A model generated the notes under the pieces. It was not told where the DNA came from. It ran no database searches and saw only the letters and a program-made list of their open reading frames with translations. A program made the position numbers and the translations under genes. A DNA stretch of 64,000 bases from the human T2T-CHM13v2.0 reference genome, Homo sapiens: NCBI RefSeq assembly GCF_009914755.1, contig NC_060929.1. One strand, 5' to 3'. Below are positions 1-13,630 of this stretch, piece after piece (position 1 is the stretch's first letter; every line of letters begins with the position of its first letter).

Positions 1-654
1 CAAGCTCTTCCATTGTAAAATGAATATAATAATATCCAAATTTAGTAAAACGAAATTCTGTTATATTTTAATGCATCAATATTTTATTTTTGTTTCTCAC
101 AATTTCTTAAGGCTTTTTGATAAACCTAAATTTTTTAAAAAGATTAATATTTTATCTACATTGATGCATTACTTGTTTCTTAAGCATATTCATAGTATTC
201 TAATATTTCAAAATAGGCAGATGAGTTGAGAATATGATATCAGCATTTAAACAGCATGTATTTGTTTGTTGTATTGATTTACAAAAGGAAGCAGATACAT
301 TTTCTGGTACACATATTTCATTCACAAAACAGTTTCTAAAGAAGATGTGATTAATAACAATAAGTAAAACAATGCTTTCCAGTGTCTTTTATATCTTGAA
401 ATATTCTTCACTTACCAGGAATAAACAAAAGATATGCTGTTGGCAAGGCACATATAATCACGTAGGGTAGACATCCAAGTTTTTCTCTAAAGAAAACCAT
501 TTACATTAAGAAAGGACAGTAAAATTAAGTCAAGGGGTTCTAACTGGGACCCATAAAGGTGCACCAAGCTTTTGGAGGGAACCTAGTGTTGAACTTTAGG
601 AAAATGTGTTAATATTGTGAAATTGCACACAAAATCTTGTGTGACTGTTCCATT

Positions 655-1249
655 TTTTAAAAAATCTTTATTTTAAGTTTAGTGATACGTGTGCATGTTT
701 GTTATACAGATAAACTCATGTCACAGGACTTTGTTGTACAGATTATTTTACCACCCAGGTATTCAACCTAGTATCAATTAGTTATTTCCGATAATCCTCT
801 CCTTCCTCCCACCCTCTACCCTCCGGTAGGCCCCAGTGTTTGTTGTCCCCCTCTATGTTTCCATGTGTTCTCATCATTTCATTCCCATTTATAAGTGAGA
901 ACATGCAGTATTTTGTTTTCTGTTCCTGCCTCAGTTCACTAAGAATGATGACCTTCATCTTCATTCATGTTCCTGCAAAGAGCATGATCACCTTTTTTTT
1001 TATTGCTACAAAGTGTTCCATGGTATATATGTATCACGTTTTATTTATTCCAGTCTACCATTGACGGGTATTTAGGTTGATTCCATGTCTTTGCTATTGT
1101 GAATAGTGCTGCAGTGAACATATTTGTGCATGTGTCTTTATGATAGAATGATTTATATTTCTTTGAGTATATACACAGTAATGTGGTTCCTGGGTCAAAT
1201 GGTGGGTATGGTTTTAGGTCTTTGAGGAATCACCACACTGCTTTCCACA
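655..1249 (-). mobile_element. L1PA13/14-like 3' end (3'UTR plus end of ORF2)
   Basis: T-rich tail at ~655-675, then the reverse complement of an L1 3'UTR (ttgttgtacagattatttt, ataagtgagaacatgcagtatt, caccacactgctttccaca). ORF 782-964 resembles the L1 ORF2 C-terminal region (IILSELRQEQKTKYCMFSL). Confidence 0.9.
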
Positions 1250-1257
1250 GCATACAT

Positions 1258-2790
1258 CACAGAACTAGAAAAATCTATTTTTAAATTCATATGTAACCAA
1301 AAAAAAAAAAAAAAAACAGAATAGCCAAGACAATCCTAAGCAAAAAGAACAATGCTATAGGCATCATGCTACCTGACTTTATACTACAGGGCTGTAGTAA
1401 TCAAAACAGCATGGTACCGGTACAAAACCAGATGCATAGACCAATGGAACAAATTAAAGAACCCAGAAATAAGGCTGCACAACTACAACCATCTGATCTC
1501 TGACAAAGCTGACAAAAAGAAACAATAGAGCAAGGACACCTTATTCAATAAATGGTGCTAGGTTAACTGGCTAGCCATATGCGCAAGACTGAAGCTGGGC
1601 CCCTTTCTTACACCATATAAAAAATCAACTCAAGATGGATTAAAGACTTTAATGTAAAATGCCAAACAATAAAAACCCTGGAAGACAACCTAGGCAACAC
1701 CATTCTGGACATAGCAATGGGCAAAGATTTCATGACGAAGATGCCAAAAGCAATTACAACAAAAGCAAAAATAGACAAACGGTATCTCATCAAACTAAAG
1801 AGCTTCTATACAGCAAAAGAAATTGTCAACAGAGTAAACAGACAACCTACAGAATGGGAGAACATTTTTCCACACAATGCATCTGACAAAGGGCTAATAT
1901 CCAGCATCTATAAGAAATTTAACAAATCAATAAGCAAAGAACAAATAACCTCATTAAAAAGTGGGCAAAGGATGTGAACAGACACTTTTCAAAAGAAGAC
2001 AGATATGCAGTCAAGAATCATATGAAAAAATGCTCAACATCACTAATCATTAGGGAAATGCAAACAAAAACCTCAATGAGATATCATTTTACATCCCTCA
2101 CAATGGCTGTTATTAAAAGTAAAAAACAATAACAGATGCTGGCAAGGATATGGAGAAAAGGAAATGCTTATACACTGCAGGGAGAAGGTAAATTAGTGCA
2201 GCCGTTGCAGAAAGCAGTTTGGTGATTCCTCAAAGAACTTAACACAGAATTACCATTTGACTGAGGAATCCCACTATTGGGTACATAGCCAAAGGAATTT
2301 AAATCATTCTATTTTAAGACATGCATTTGTGTATGCATCACAGCATTATTCACATTAACAAAGACACAGAATCAACTTAGATGCCCCTCAACAGTAGACT
2401 GAATAAATAAAATCTACATATTCATCCTGGAATACACGGCCATTAAAAAGAATGAGATCATGTCCTTTGCAGCAACATGGATAAAGCTGGAGGCCATCAT
2501 CCTAAGCAAACTAAGCCAGGGACAGAAAACCAAGTATGGAATGTTTTCACATATAAGTGGCAGCAAAACCTTAAGTACACATGGACTCAAAGAAGGGAAC
2601 TATTGCCACCAGGATCTACTTGAGTGTGAAGGGTGGAAGGGTGGCAAAGCTTAAAAACTACCTATCGGGCACTATGCTTACTACCTAGGTGACAAAATTA
2701 TCTGTACACCAAACCCCTGTGACATGCAATTTAGCTACATAACAAACCTGCAAATGAACCCCTAAACCTAAAATAAATGCTTTAAAATAA
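1258..2790 (+). mobile_element. L1PA15/16-like ORF2 3' part and 3'UTR
   Basis: ORF2 C-terminal peptides ([21 protein letters not shown] at 1717; SFAATWIKLEAIILSKL at 2460). The 3'UTR contains aaaactacctatcgggcactatgctta and ends in an A-rich tail at ~2770-2790. Confidence 0.9.
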
Positions 2791-5700
2791 ACAACTTTTG
2801 GTTTCATTTATCTTTTGCATTTTTTTGGCATCTCAATTTCATTCATTTTGGCTCTAATTTTGGTTCTTTTCTTCTGCTAGCTTTGGAATTGATTTGTGTT
2901 ATTTCTTTGAGTTCCTTTAAGTGTGATGTCAGGTTGTTCATTCGAGATCTTTCTAACTTTTTGATGTAAGTGTTTAGTGCTGTAATCTCTCCTGTTAACA
3001 TTGCTTTAGCTGTGTACCAGAGATTCTGGTATGCTGTGTCTTTGTTTTCATTAGTTTCAAAGAAGTTCTTGATTTCTGCATTAATTTCATTGTTTACTCA
3101 GGAGTTATTCAGGGGCAGGTTGTTTAATTTCCGTGTAATTGCACCATTTTCAGAGATCTTTGTACTAATTTCTTTTTTTATTGTAATGTGGTCTGAGAGT
3201 GTGGCTGGCATGATTTTGGTGTTTTTGATTTTGTTGAAAGAATTGTTTTATGGCTGAGCATGTGCTCAATTTTAGTGTATGTGCCATCTGCAGATGTGAA
3301 GAATGTATATTCTGTTGTTGTTGGTTGGAATGTTCTGTAGATATCCATTAGGTCTATTTGGTCAAGTTTTGAGTTTAGGTCCCAAATACCTTTGTTAGTT
3401 TTCTGCCTTAATGATCTGTCAAATGCCATCAGTGGGGTATTTAAGTCTGTCACTATTATTGTGATTATCTCAGTCTCTTCACAGGTCTTTAGGAACTTCT
3501 TTTTTGAATCTGGGTGCTGTAGTGTTGACTGCATATATATTTATGATAGTTGTCTTCTTTTTGAATTATTTTAATTGTGTAATGTCCTTCTTTGTCCTTT
3601 TTGATTATTGTTCATTTAAAATCTGTTTTATCTGAAATAAGCATAGCAATCCCTGCTCTTTTATGTTTCCCATTTGCTTAGTAGATTTTTTTCTCCATCC
3701 CTTTACTTTGAACCTATGGATGTCATTGCATGTGAGAATGGTCTCTGAAAAACAGTAGATAGTTGGGTCTTGTTTCTTTATTCAACTTGCCACTGTGCCT
3801 TGTATGTGGGACATTAAGCCCATTTATAGTCAAGGTTAATATTGATATGTGTGATTTGATCCTGTCATTGTGTTGTTAGCTGGTTATTATGCAGACTTGA
3901 TTGTATAGTTGCTTTATTGTATAATTGTATATTGTATGTAATTGTGTTTTTTCAGTGTCTGGTGATGGTCTTTCATTCCCAAGTTCAGTGATTCCTTAAA
4001 GACCTCTTGAAAGGTGTACCTGGTGGTAATAAATCCCCTTAGTGTCTGTTCATATACAAAAGGTTTTATTTCTTGTTTGTATATGAAGCTTAGTTTGTCT
4101 GTATGTAAAATTATTGTACAGAATTTATTTTCTTTAAGGATGCTGAATATAGACCCCCAATACCTTCTGGCTTTTAGGGTTTCTGCTGAAAGTTCTGCTG
4201 TTAGCCTGATGGTGCTATTTTTGGAGGTGACCTGCCCCTTCTTATTAGCTGCTTTTAATACATTTTCTTTTACCTTGACCTTGGAGAATCTGATGAATTT
4301 CTGTTCTGAAGATTATTGTCTTACCTCCTATCTCATATGTGTTCTTCAAATATTTTGAATTTGTATGTTGACCTCTCTAGCAAGTTTCAGGAATTTTTTT
4401 TTTACGGAAAATACCCTCAAATATGTTTTCCATTTTGCTTGTTCTCTCTCCCTCTCAAGGAAGCGAATGTGTCATTGATTTGCTCTCTTTACATAATCTC
4501 ATGTTTCTCAGACTTTTTATTCATTCTTTAATATTCTTTTTTCTTTATTTTTATCTGACTGATTTGATTTGAGGAAACAGTCTTCAAGCTCTGAGATTCT
4601 TTCCTCAGCTTGATCACTTTTGCTGTGAATATTTTTGATTATACTATGAAATTCTTGTAGTTATGTAATTCCTGTACTAAGTTTTTCAGCTCTTGTACTG
4701 AGCTAAACTTTTACTAAGTTTATCAGATCGGTTTGATTCCTTCTTAAAATAGCTATTTTATCTTTGAGCTTTTGCATAATTTTATTGGATTCCTTATTTT
4801 CCTTAGATTGTGTTTCAACTTTCTCCTGAATCTCAATAATCTTAATTGCCATTCAGATTCTAAATTCTGTGTCTGTTATTCCAGACATTTCAGTCTGGTT
4901 AAGAATCATTTCTGGGGAGCTAGTGCAGTCATTTGGGGGTAAGAAGACACTTTGGCTTTTTGCATTGCTAGAGTTTTTGCACTAGTTCTTTCTGATCTGT
5001 GGTTTTTTAAAGCCACTCTCCTGCAGGTGAGGCTTTTTGATTTTACATTCATAGGTACCCTTGGGGGTTTGACTGTAGTATAAGTTGGTTTCAGTCAACT
5101 GGTTTTATTTCTGGACAATATCAGGGAAGCAAGGCTCAGCTCTGCAGTCCTAGGCTGCATGCTCTAAGCCTGGGGTGTGGGACCAAGCCCATGACATTGT
5201 TGTGTGGCCACTCAAGGTTTATCACCTGCTACTGAAAGAGGTGAAGTGTTCCCAGTCAACTGGCAACAACACTGTGACAGAGATGCTGGCAAAAGCACTT
5301 TGTTTTGGCAGCAGTGGGGTCTGCACTTGCACATAGCAGAGGCAGCAGGATGGTAGGGTCGTTGGGTCCACACATGTGTGCACACCAACAAAATGGTGGG
5401 GGGATGCTGCAGGCAAGTGTGTGCCTACACAGCAGTGCGGGGAGACAGCAAGCAGGTGCATACTAGAAGGAACCTGTTTGCAGAAGCTCTCTGATGCTTA
5501 GGTGGGATTTGCAGGTGAAGGAGCTATGGCAGTGGCCACTGAGAAGTGCCCCAGTTGGGCATCTGAGGCTTTGCCATAAGTGGGTGTGGTCAGGCAGGAA
5601 CCCTGGGAGAGGCCAGCAAGCAGGGGTGAAGTCAGATCAGACTGATCCCATTCCACTGGCAAGATTGCCCTGTTCGGTCCCTGTACAGGTCCGATAGTCA

Positions 5701-6170
5701 ATAAATCCCAAAACCACCTACAGCAGGGCATAACTGATCACACTTCATTGCTGCTGTTCCCAGGCCAAACCCTCTAGGCTCCACACAGTCTGGAGTCCTG
5801 TCCTTGCCAACTCTTCAAACAGCTCTTCCTGCCAGCTCAAATGTCCATGAGGGTTGTGAGGTCTGTTGAAGCTAGAATTCTGCTGGTCTGTAGTGACCAG
5901 CAGTGAGAGTGGGTCACTTTATTTCTATTTAAATCAGCCCATCCTTAGGAGCCACTTTGGGCCTGGAATGAGTCCTGGTTCTTGGTAACACCATGTGGGG
6001 ATCTCAGCTTCCTCACCCTTCATCTCAGAGTCTGCATCCCCCCTCTTTCCACTTTCAATGACTTCCTTCCAAATATTTGTTCAGAGTGTGCTGGTCTACT
6101 TGACAGTCTGGTTTCTTGGTAGGAGACGCTCTTCCTGGCTGAGTCTAGTTAACTATCTTGGCTCTTCCCT
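2791..6170 (-). mobile_element. L1PA13-16-like 5' half: 5'UTR, ORF1 and ORF2 endonuclease domain (decayed)
   Basis: Endonuclease peptide DLNTPLMAFDRSLRQKTNK...DIYRTFQPTTTEYTFF (3178-3534). GC-richer 5'UTR at ~5130-6170. The extreme L1 5' end reads gggaagagccaagatagttaactaga on the minus strand at ~6170. Confidence 0.9.
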
Positions 6171-7975
6171 CAATTGTGCACTTTCAAAAGAGTGGATTTT
6201 ATGCCATATGAATTATATCTCAATTTTTTAAATCCTCAGTCTCCCAGGTACCTTGCATGATGAGCATCAAAACTTCACTTGTTGTGGGTCAGGGCCACTG
6301 TAGCTCCATTCCCAAGTTTGCATTCCAGATCTGGAGCTGGAGTGAGAGTTCCTGAGGTCAGACTGGTCTTTAGGCAAGGTTTCATTCTTCAGAAGGAGCA
6401 TATTGAGTAAGGGGCTATGAATTTTTAATTTGTTCATCATGTGTCTCTTCAATATTATATCCTAAGTTCCCAGAGAGGAATGAATGAATAAATGAACATA
6501 TTTCATTTGTAAAATATTGGCGATTTAAAGCATCATAAATAGATAACATTTAAAAATAATTTTAAAATAAAAATTTTCATTCACCTGGACATTAATATAA
6601 ATATAAATATGACATATTGATACAAATATTTGTACAACCAGAACCTAAAAGTATGTTATAGGATGTTCATCCAAAGTTTGCTTAATGAATACATCAATGA
6701 ATGATCCAGGGAACTTATAATTAAGAATTTATATTAATTTATTATTATTTAACCTATATGTGAAAATTGCTGGCTATTTTAAGAATATAGGAATATTTCT
6801 TTAAACAATCGATCTGTGATTATCCTGTACACCATCTGAAGGAAAAGCAGGTATGAGAAAGATAATAGTCTCATAGGCCATATTTTATTAATCCTTAAAA
6901 CCATCTCTCAATGATACCTGGAGGAAACTGCATTTAAGTCTCAGATTATTAGGAAGTAAATGTGCTTTGCAGTGGAGTTACAAAGTGCACACTAGCCTTG
7001 GACATTGGTCTAGTCAAAAAGGAGAGTTGGGAGGGGAGAAGAAAAAAGAGGGATGGTATTAACATTTGTATTCAATGAGGAAAGAAAGGTAAATTTACCC
7101 TAAAGAGGCACAAGTTCTGGAAAGGTGAATGTCATTGTATTTTATGTTCCCCTCAAAACATATTTAAGGAAATAATTATGTCCATTGGTGCCTATTTGTC
7201 TACTACATAATAACAAAACTGCTTCTTTAGGCCATCGAACTCTTTCTTTATTATGCTCATCAGGGTGACTTTTTATTAATATAATGCTCACTGACTGCTA
7301 TGTTACTAACAAAAATATTGAGATAGTAATGTTTTTAACTTTTGTTAGAGAAATGTTTACTTTAAAGCAATTGACATTACTTTTCATTGTTTCAGAATTA
7401 TGTACTGCCAGATAAATAAGCAGTATTTTACACTTTGATGTCAGATGTCTGTGTAAGTCTGTATACAGATATTAAGAGAGATAAATACTACACAATTAAT
7501 GTCAAAGAAATTCTTCTAATCAAGGAAGCAATAATTAATATGTCTATATGGGTGCACTAAATCTTAGACAATGGCCTTTTGCAGCTAATTTACATATCTA
7601 TGGTAAAATAAGCACATTTAAAATTTGTAAATATGTAGTTTCTTTCCTCACATATAATAAAGAATAATTTTGTTGAATAAAATGAATTTTGAGGTCATTA
7701 AACAAAATGGTAGTTACTAGAGTTGTTATAATATCCACACAATGATTCGCAGTAATTGTGTGAAAGCAGTTCTTAAATTATTAATGTAGTGATGAACAAG
7801 ATATAAATGACCAGGAAAACATTCTCATAATAGAGGTAACACAATGACAATATTAAACACTGTTTGGAAAACTTTCTAGTAAAGCTATTTCTTGTAAGAG
7901 TCTAATTCTCTCTTTGTACAGGGTAAAACTTTATAGTCTTGCAATGAACCATTTTATTTTATTTTCATTATCAAG

Positions 7976-8340
7976 TGCCTTAGTCTGTTTGAGCTGCTGT
8001 GATATTATATCATAAACTGGGTGGCTTATGAACAACAGAAATCTATTTCTTACAGTTCTAGAGGCTGGGAAGTCCAAGATCAAGGTGCCAGCAGATCTGT
8101 TGTCTGGTGAGGGCCTGCACTCTACTTTATAGATAATGAGCTATGTGCTGTATGCTCACATGGCGAAATGGGAAAACAAGCTTCCATGGGTCTCTTGTCT
8201 GAACTAATCCCAGTCTTGAGGACTCTGCTTGCTTTCATGACCTAATCACAACCTAAAGTCTCCATCTCTTAAGAGTATAATTGGGGGATTATATTTCAAT
8301 ATATACATTTTGGGGGGACACAAACATTCAGAAAATAGCA
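7976..8340 (-). mobile_element. MLT1A0-like MaLR solo LTR
   Basis: Runs from tgccttagtctgtttgagctgct through ggctgggaagtccaagatcaaggtgccagcaga to ggggggacacaaacattcagaaaatagca. TG..CA ends, with a near 5-bp TSD tcaag/tcagg. Confidence 0.9.
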
Positions 8341-10579
8341 TCAGGGAAACTCTGTTTCAAATTTGAACAAACAAACTTCCTAATAGAATTTGAAATCCAA
8401 TCTATAGACGAATTGTAGTCTGCAAACAGATACACACACATTCAGTTATACATTTTTGTGTGAAATAAATTCTAGATCTATGTCATATCAGAGAAATTGG
8501 AGGTTCCATTTAAGTGAAATTATTGTGAAATCATAATTTGTTCCATTAATCCTAACAACTTTACTCTAATATATGAAATGAAATACGTTACAATTTTGTG
8601 TTCTCACCCAGTATTGTTAATTATAATCATTTTTCTATCAGGATGCATTGCTAAAATTTTCTTCTGCTAAAATACAGTGTTTACTTAGAAAATATTAAAA
8701 TAATATTAAATAATTATCATCTATTTTTACTTTCTGAGCTATAAAATTCTCCTATTATAAATTCCCTGTTGGGTCAAATAAATTTAATTTTGTTGCCTAG
8801 ACATCCCTTTATTAGGAATGTTCTTGATTTTAAGAAACTACACCTAAAATCTACTTCGTTACTTTTTGAAGGGCATTTACTGCAAAAGTAAGGTACAGAT
8901 GCATTAAAATACATCCAAACTGAAGGCAGTAACTATGAGTGAAGGCTTGAGAAACAATTTATCATTAAAATATTTCTGCTTCATTGTATGAATATATCTA
9001 AATTCCAATTTTTATTTCAGTGAAGTGGCAATAAGGACACCTACCTTTTTGATATTCATGGTTTTCATGGAGTAACAACAGGATGTGTAAATCAGGCAAA
9101 ACTTTATTTTGTAACAAATACGTATTCAATATAAGAATAATTAAAATGAATGAACTTATCTTTGCTATTTTAGGTTTTGTGTTTTTTTCTGCTCTGTTTT
9201 GTTTTCTAGCTTCTCAGTTGTATTATAACTGACTGTAAAATGAATCATCATCTCACAATCAAATAAGTTCTCTGTAGAAATCTCCTTGGGAATTATATTC
9301 TGTTTTCAGTGCTAAGTTCGAAAACATAAAATAGGCAAAATTTTCCATGAAACTAAGTATGCAAATTAAAGTATAAGTGATTTTAAATAATCAAAACTAA
9401 AAACTAATATTTATGGACATAAAAGCGCTGGTTAAAATTCTATATTATTTAATATTCCATAGAAGAATGAATTAATTCTAATTATTTTCTACTAATTTTT
9501 AAAATAATTTACATGTGTAAATTTGAGTTTCCTTACCAGAAACAACATATCAACTGCAAGCCAATGAATTCTTTTTCTTTCAATCTTCACATTTAAGTTC
9601 TAAACAAGATAATTCATTGGTACATTTGTGTAAATTTTACATATTTTTCACCTTTTAATTGTCTAATGCATCCAAATATTATTATGTGTCTGTCCTTCAA
9701 ACATATTGATTGAATTGGTAGAATCTGGTATAAGGAAGAAAAGCTTGAATGAGGGAATAATTTTATATTTAAAGTTTATGATTTAATCTTATTTTTCTAA
9801 ATAGATTTGTCATTCTGAAGTTCGCAATGTTTCACGAAACAAAGAAGTTTTTAAGAAACCTTTTGACATAATCAAGAATGTATCCAAAATAGGTGGAAAA
9901 AAATATTTTCAAAATAATACTGTTTTTAGAAATTACAATGTGGGATCTATGTAGCATACAAAACACCAAAATAAATCTATGTGGATTTAGAATTTAAATT
10001 TCACAATAATGATAAAATATTACACATATATGTATGTCCATGTGTATGTGTATGTATCTGGGGGAAAATTAGCCATAAAAATTACATCAATAAGGAATGC
10101 CAGAAAAATACCTTGATACTTGACTCCATAAAATTCCAACTGTTTAACAAAAGTAAAATAGTGACATAAACCCAATAATTATTTAAAAGGCAAAAGCTGA
10201 AATGTTTACATATTTTCACTTTTAAATTCCTAAATATGCACACATAAACACATATGTTAACCGAAACAAAGGTCTTAAAAATACAATATACAATGTACAT
10301 GGAAATTACCTACATATTTAAAAATATGGGCACCATTATTGAATGATCACAGTTATCATCTTTTCCAGAAAAATAATGGAATGTGATAAAAAATTAAATT
10401 CTTAGAAATGGTTATGGTATTGCAAAGAAGCTATGTTTCAACTTAAACATTTTGACTTAGATATTTGACAGGGGAGGTTTTTGATATGACATCTTAAACT
10501 GTTTCTAAAATTGCCAAAAGACATTTTATTTTATTTCTTACCAAAAAATATATGGACCTCATTTTATTGATTCATATTA

Positions 10580-11345
10580 TTTGAGAGCTTTTTGTCATTA
10601 GTCTATTAATAGATTATAGCAATTGACTCTTAAATATAAACCAGCCTTGCATCTCTGATATAAACCACACTGGATCACGGAATAAAATTATTTTCATTTA
10701 TTTATGAATTATAGTTTTGAGCATTTTGCTATGAACTTTACATCTACATTTATGACATATATTGGCATGCATATTTGTCTTTTTTGATTTTAATATCAGA
10801 ATAATATTAGTTTTATGAAATATGTTGTGATATGTCCTGGAAAACACTACGTGGAATTGGTGTAAATTCTTTGTTAAATGTTTCATAAAATTCTCCAGGA
10901 AAATCATCTGTTCTGGAGATTTTGGGGAAGAGTTCTTTAATTAGAAATTTAATATTCTTAGCAGAATAGGGCTAATCAAATTATCTATTTTATTTGAGAG
11001 AATTGCGTTTTTGAGAAATTGATTTTTGTTTGTTGTCTAATTTATGTGTGTATTTTTATTCCTAGTAATCCCTTATTATATTTCTGATGTCTCCATCAGA
11101 TCTTTGAAAGTCCTCTGTGATATCTCTTGTTATATCTATGATATTAGTAATTTGCAACTTCTCTATTTTTTGGACAACATTGCCAAACATTCATCAATTT
11201 TTATTAATCTTTTCAGTTAATCCACTTTTTGTTCATTGATTTCTCTATTTTTTTCTGTTTTCAATTTCATTGATTTCTGTTGTTTAATATGGTCTTACTT
11301 CTTGTTTGGGGTTTATTTTGTTCTAGGTATGCTATGTTCTTGACG
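10580..11345 (-). mobile_element. Old L1M ORF2 fragment
   Basis: Motifs ccagccttgcatctctgatataaaccacactggatca, ttttgagcattttgct and ttttcaatttcattgatttctg resemble antisense L1 ORF2; highly decayed. Confidence 0.75.
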
Positions 11346-11389
11346 AAAGATTTTTGAGTATAGATTTTTTAATTTTTATTTTTATAGAA

Positions 11390-11659
11390 TATTTTTTTAA
11401 TTGACATATAATGATTGTGCATATTTGTGAGATACAGAGAGATATTTTGATACATGTAGGCATTGTGGAAAAATTAAATCAGGGTATTTAGGATATCCAT
11501 CACCTCATACATTTATCACTTCTTTGTGGTGAGAACATTTACAATTCTTACTTCTAGCTATTTTGATATATACAATATAATATTCTTAACCATAGTAATT
11601 CTACTGTGCAATAGAACATCAGAACTTATTCCTCCTATCTGTAATTTTGTACCTGTTGC
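11390..11659 (-). mobile_element. L1MA (MA6-8-like) 3' end
   Basis: ttttaattgacatataatgattgtgcatattt...aaatcagggtatttaggatatccatcacctca...caatagaacatcagaacttattcctcctatct is the typical antisense L1MA 3'UTR. Confidence 0.85.
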
Positions 11660-12082
11660 CTAAATTCAAATGCCCATCAATGATAGAATGGATTTCAAAA
11701 AAATATGGTACATATACATCATAGAATACTATGCAGCCATAAAAAAGAAAGAGATCATGTCCTTTGCGGGAACATGGATGGAGCTAACACAGGAACGGTT
11801 AACCAAACACCGGATGTTCTCACTTACAAGTGGGAGCTGAATTATGAGAATACATAGACACATGGAGGTGAACAACATACACTAGGGTCTGTTGGGGATG
11901 GAATTGGGAGAGGAAGAGCATCAGGAAAAATAGCTAATGGATACTGGGCTTAATACTTAGGTGATGGGATGATCTGTGCAGGAAACCACCATGGCACACA
12001 TTTACCTATGTAACAAACCAGCACATCCTACACGTGTACCCCTGAAGTTAAAAGTTAAAGAAAAATAAAATAAAATAAATCA
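11660..12082 (+). mobile_element. L1PA8A/L1PA10-like 3' end
   Basis: aaatgcccatcaatgataga...gagcatcaggaaaaatagctaatggatactgggcttaatacttaggtgatgggatgatctgtgcag, followed by an A-rich tail. Confidence 0.9.
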
Positions 12083-12084
12083 AA

Positions 12085-13070
12085 ATCAATAATTCACATT
12101 TTTTACACGAAGTAGAAAAGGAAGACATACTGTCCAATCACTCTATAAACTTGTATTATCCTGACACCCAAACCAGATAAAGACATTATAGAAAAAAATT
12201 TCCTTGTGAATATAGATGTAAATATTCTCAAAAATGCTAGTAAACCAAATCCAGTTTCATATCAAAAGAATTACATGCTGTGACTAATGTGATTTCTCTT
12301 AGAAGTTCAAGCTTGTTTTAACATCTGAAAATCACTTAATATAATAAACCATATTAATATCATAAGGGTAAAAAAACACATGATCATCTCAATAGACACA
12401 GAAAAAGCTATTTAAAATATCAAATATGCTTACATAATAAAGACACTGAACAAACTAAGAATAGAATGGAATGTGCACAGTCTGATATAAGGCATCTACA
12501 AACCACCTTTTAATTAATATCATACTTATGGTGAAAGATTGGACTCTCATGCACTGTTGGTGTGAGTGTAAAATGGTGCAGACACTTTGGAAAAGAGGCT
12601 GGCAGTTCCACAGAGGTTAATCATAGAATTACCACATGACCCCTTCATTTCATTTCTGCATATATATTCAAGGGAAATGAAAACATGATTAACATAAAAA
12701 CATGAATGCTTTAGAAACATTGTTTATAATATTCTACAGGTGGAAACAACACAAATACCCAGCAACTAATGAATGAATAAATAAAATATACAGCCATACA
12801 AATTAATGTTAGTAATGCAACTGAATAATATATTAATGTATGCTACAACATCAATGGACCTTGAAAACATTATGCTAAGATAAAGAAGACAGTCACAAAA
12901 AACACCTATTTTACTATTTCCTTTACATAAAATGTCTAGAATAAATAATTGACATGACTGCTAATGTATGAGGATTCCTTTTTCTTTTTGAGATAATGAA
13001 AACAATCTGACATAGATGATCATGATTGCTTTACAACTCTTAGAGTATACCATTGAATTCTGAAGAAAAT
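12085..13070 (+). mobile_element. L1MB-like fragment (RT region joined to 3' end)
   Basis: ccaaaccagataaagaca and catgatcatctcaatagacacagaaaaagc (RT region), then gtaaaatggtgcagacactttggaaa and ggaccttgaaaacattatgctaag (3' end). Confidence 0.8.
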
Positions 13071-13079
13071 AAAAATTAA

Positions 13080-13192
13080 CATTTTTGAGCCCAATCTCAA
13101 ACATTCTGAAATGGAAACACTGGGGATAGGGCCAAGAAGGCTTCCAGGTGATTCAGATAGGCGCATGTTAACATTTGAAAAACATGGAGTAA
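13080..13192. mobile_element. MER5-like hAT MITE fragment
   Basis: ctggggatagggccaagaa...ttccaggtgattcagat...tttgaaaaacatgg resembles the MER5A 3' half. Confidence 0.5.
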
Positions 13193-13437
13193 AACATGAA
13201 TAAGACACTTGGGAACAGGAGGTTCAGTAAGAAGACTGTAAAGAAAAACAGACAGCAAGAGAGAGTAGGGGAGTCATCTAAATGTGAAAGCACAGGAAAA
13301 ATACTCGGAAATATCTCCTTCCAAGTTCCTTAGTGCTGTTTTATTTGATAAGTGATCTTCCTTGCTAAGTGACTTAGTGTCTATGATTATAATTCTTTAT
13401 GAAATAAAATTTGGCTTTTCCTACTTTAATAATTATA

Positions 13438-13630
13438 AATCCTGCTCATATATCAGAATCACATGTATAGGAGCCTTTTAAAAGGTTGATCAACTGAGTC
13501 CATGAACCCAGAACATCAGATGAAATTGATTTGGAATATACCTTTGTATATTCCAAATACACTGAGTATGGAAATATTTTAAAGCTACCCACATTATTAT
13601 AATGCAGAGCCAATGTTGAGAACGATTTCT
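13438..13630. mobile_element. MER5-like hAT MITE
   Basis: atcagaatcacatg...gagccttttaaaa...ttttaaagctaccca...aatgcagagccaatgttgagaac. Confidence 0.55.

Noticed and set aside
531-650. hAT-like terminus caaggggttctaactgggaccc
   Set aside because: Too short and diverged to assign to a family by eye.
1608-4531. Cluster of ORFs suggesting a gene
   Set aside because: They are broken L1 ORF2/ORF1 frames or their antisense.
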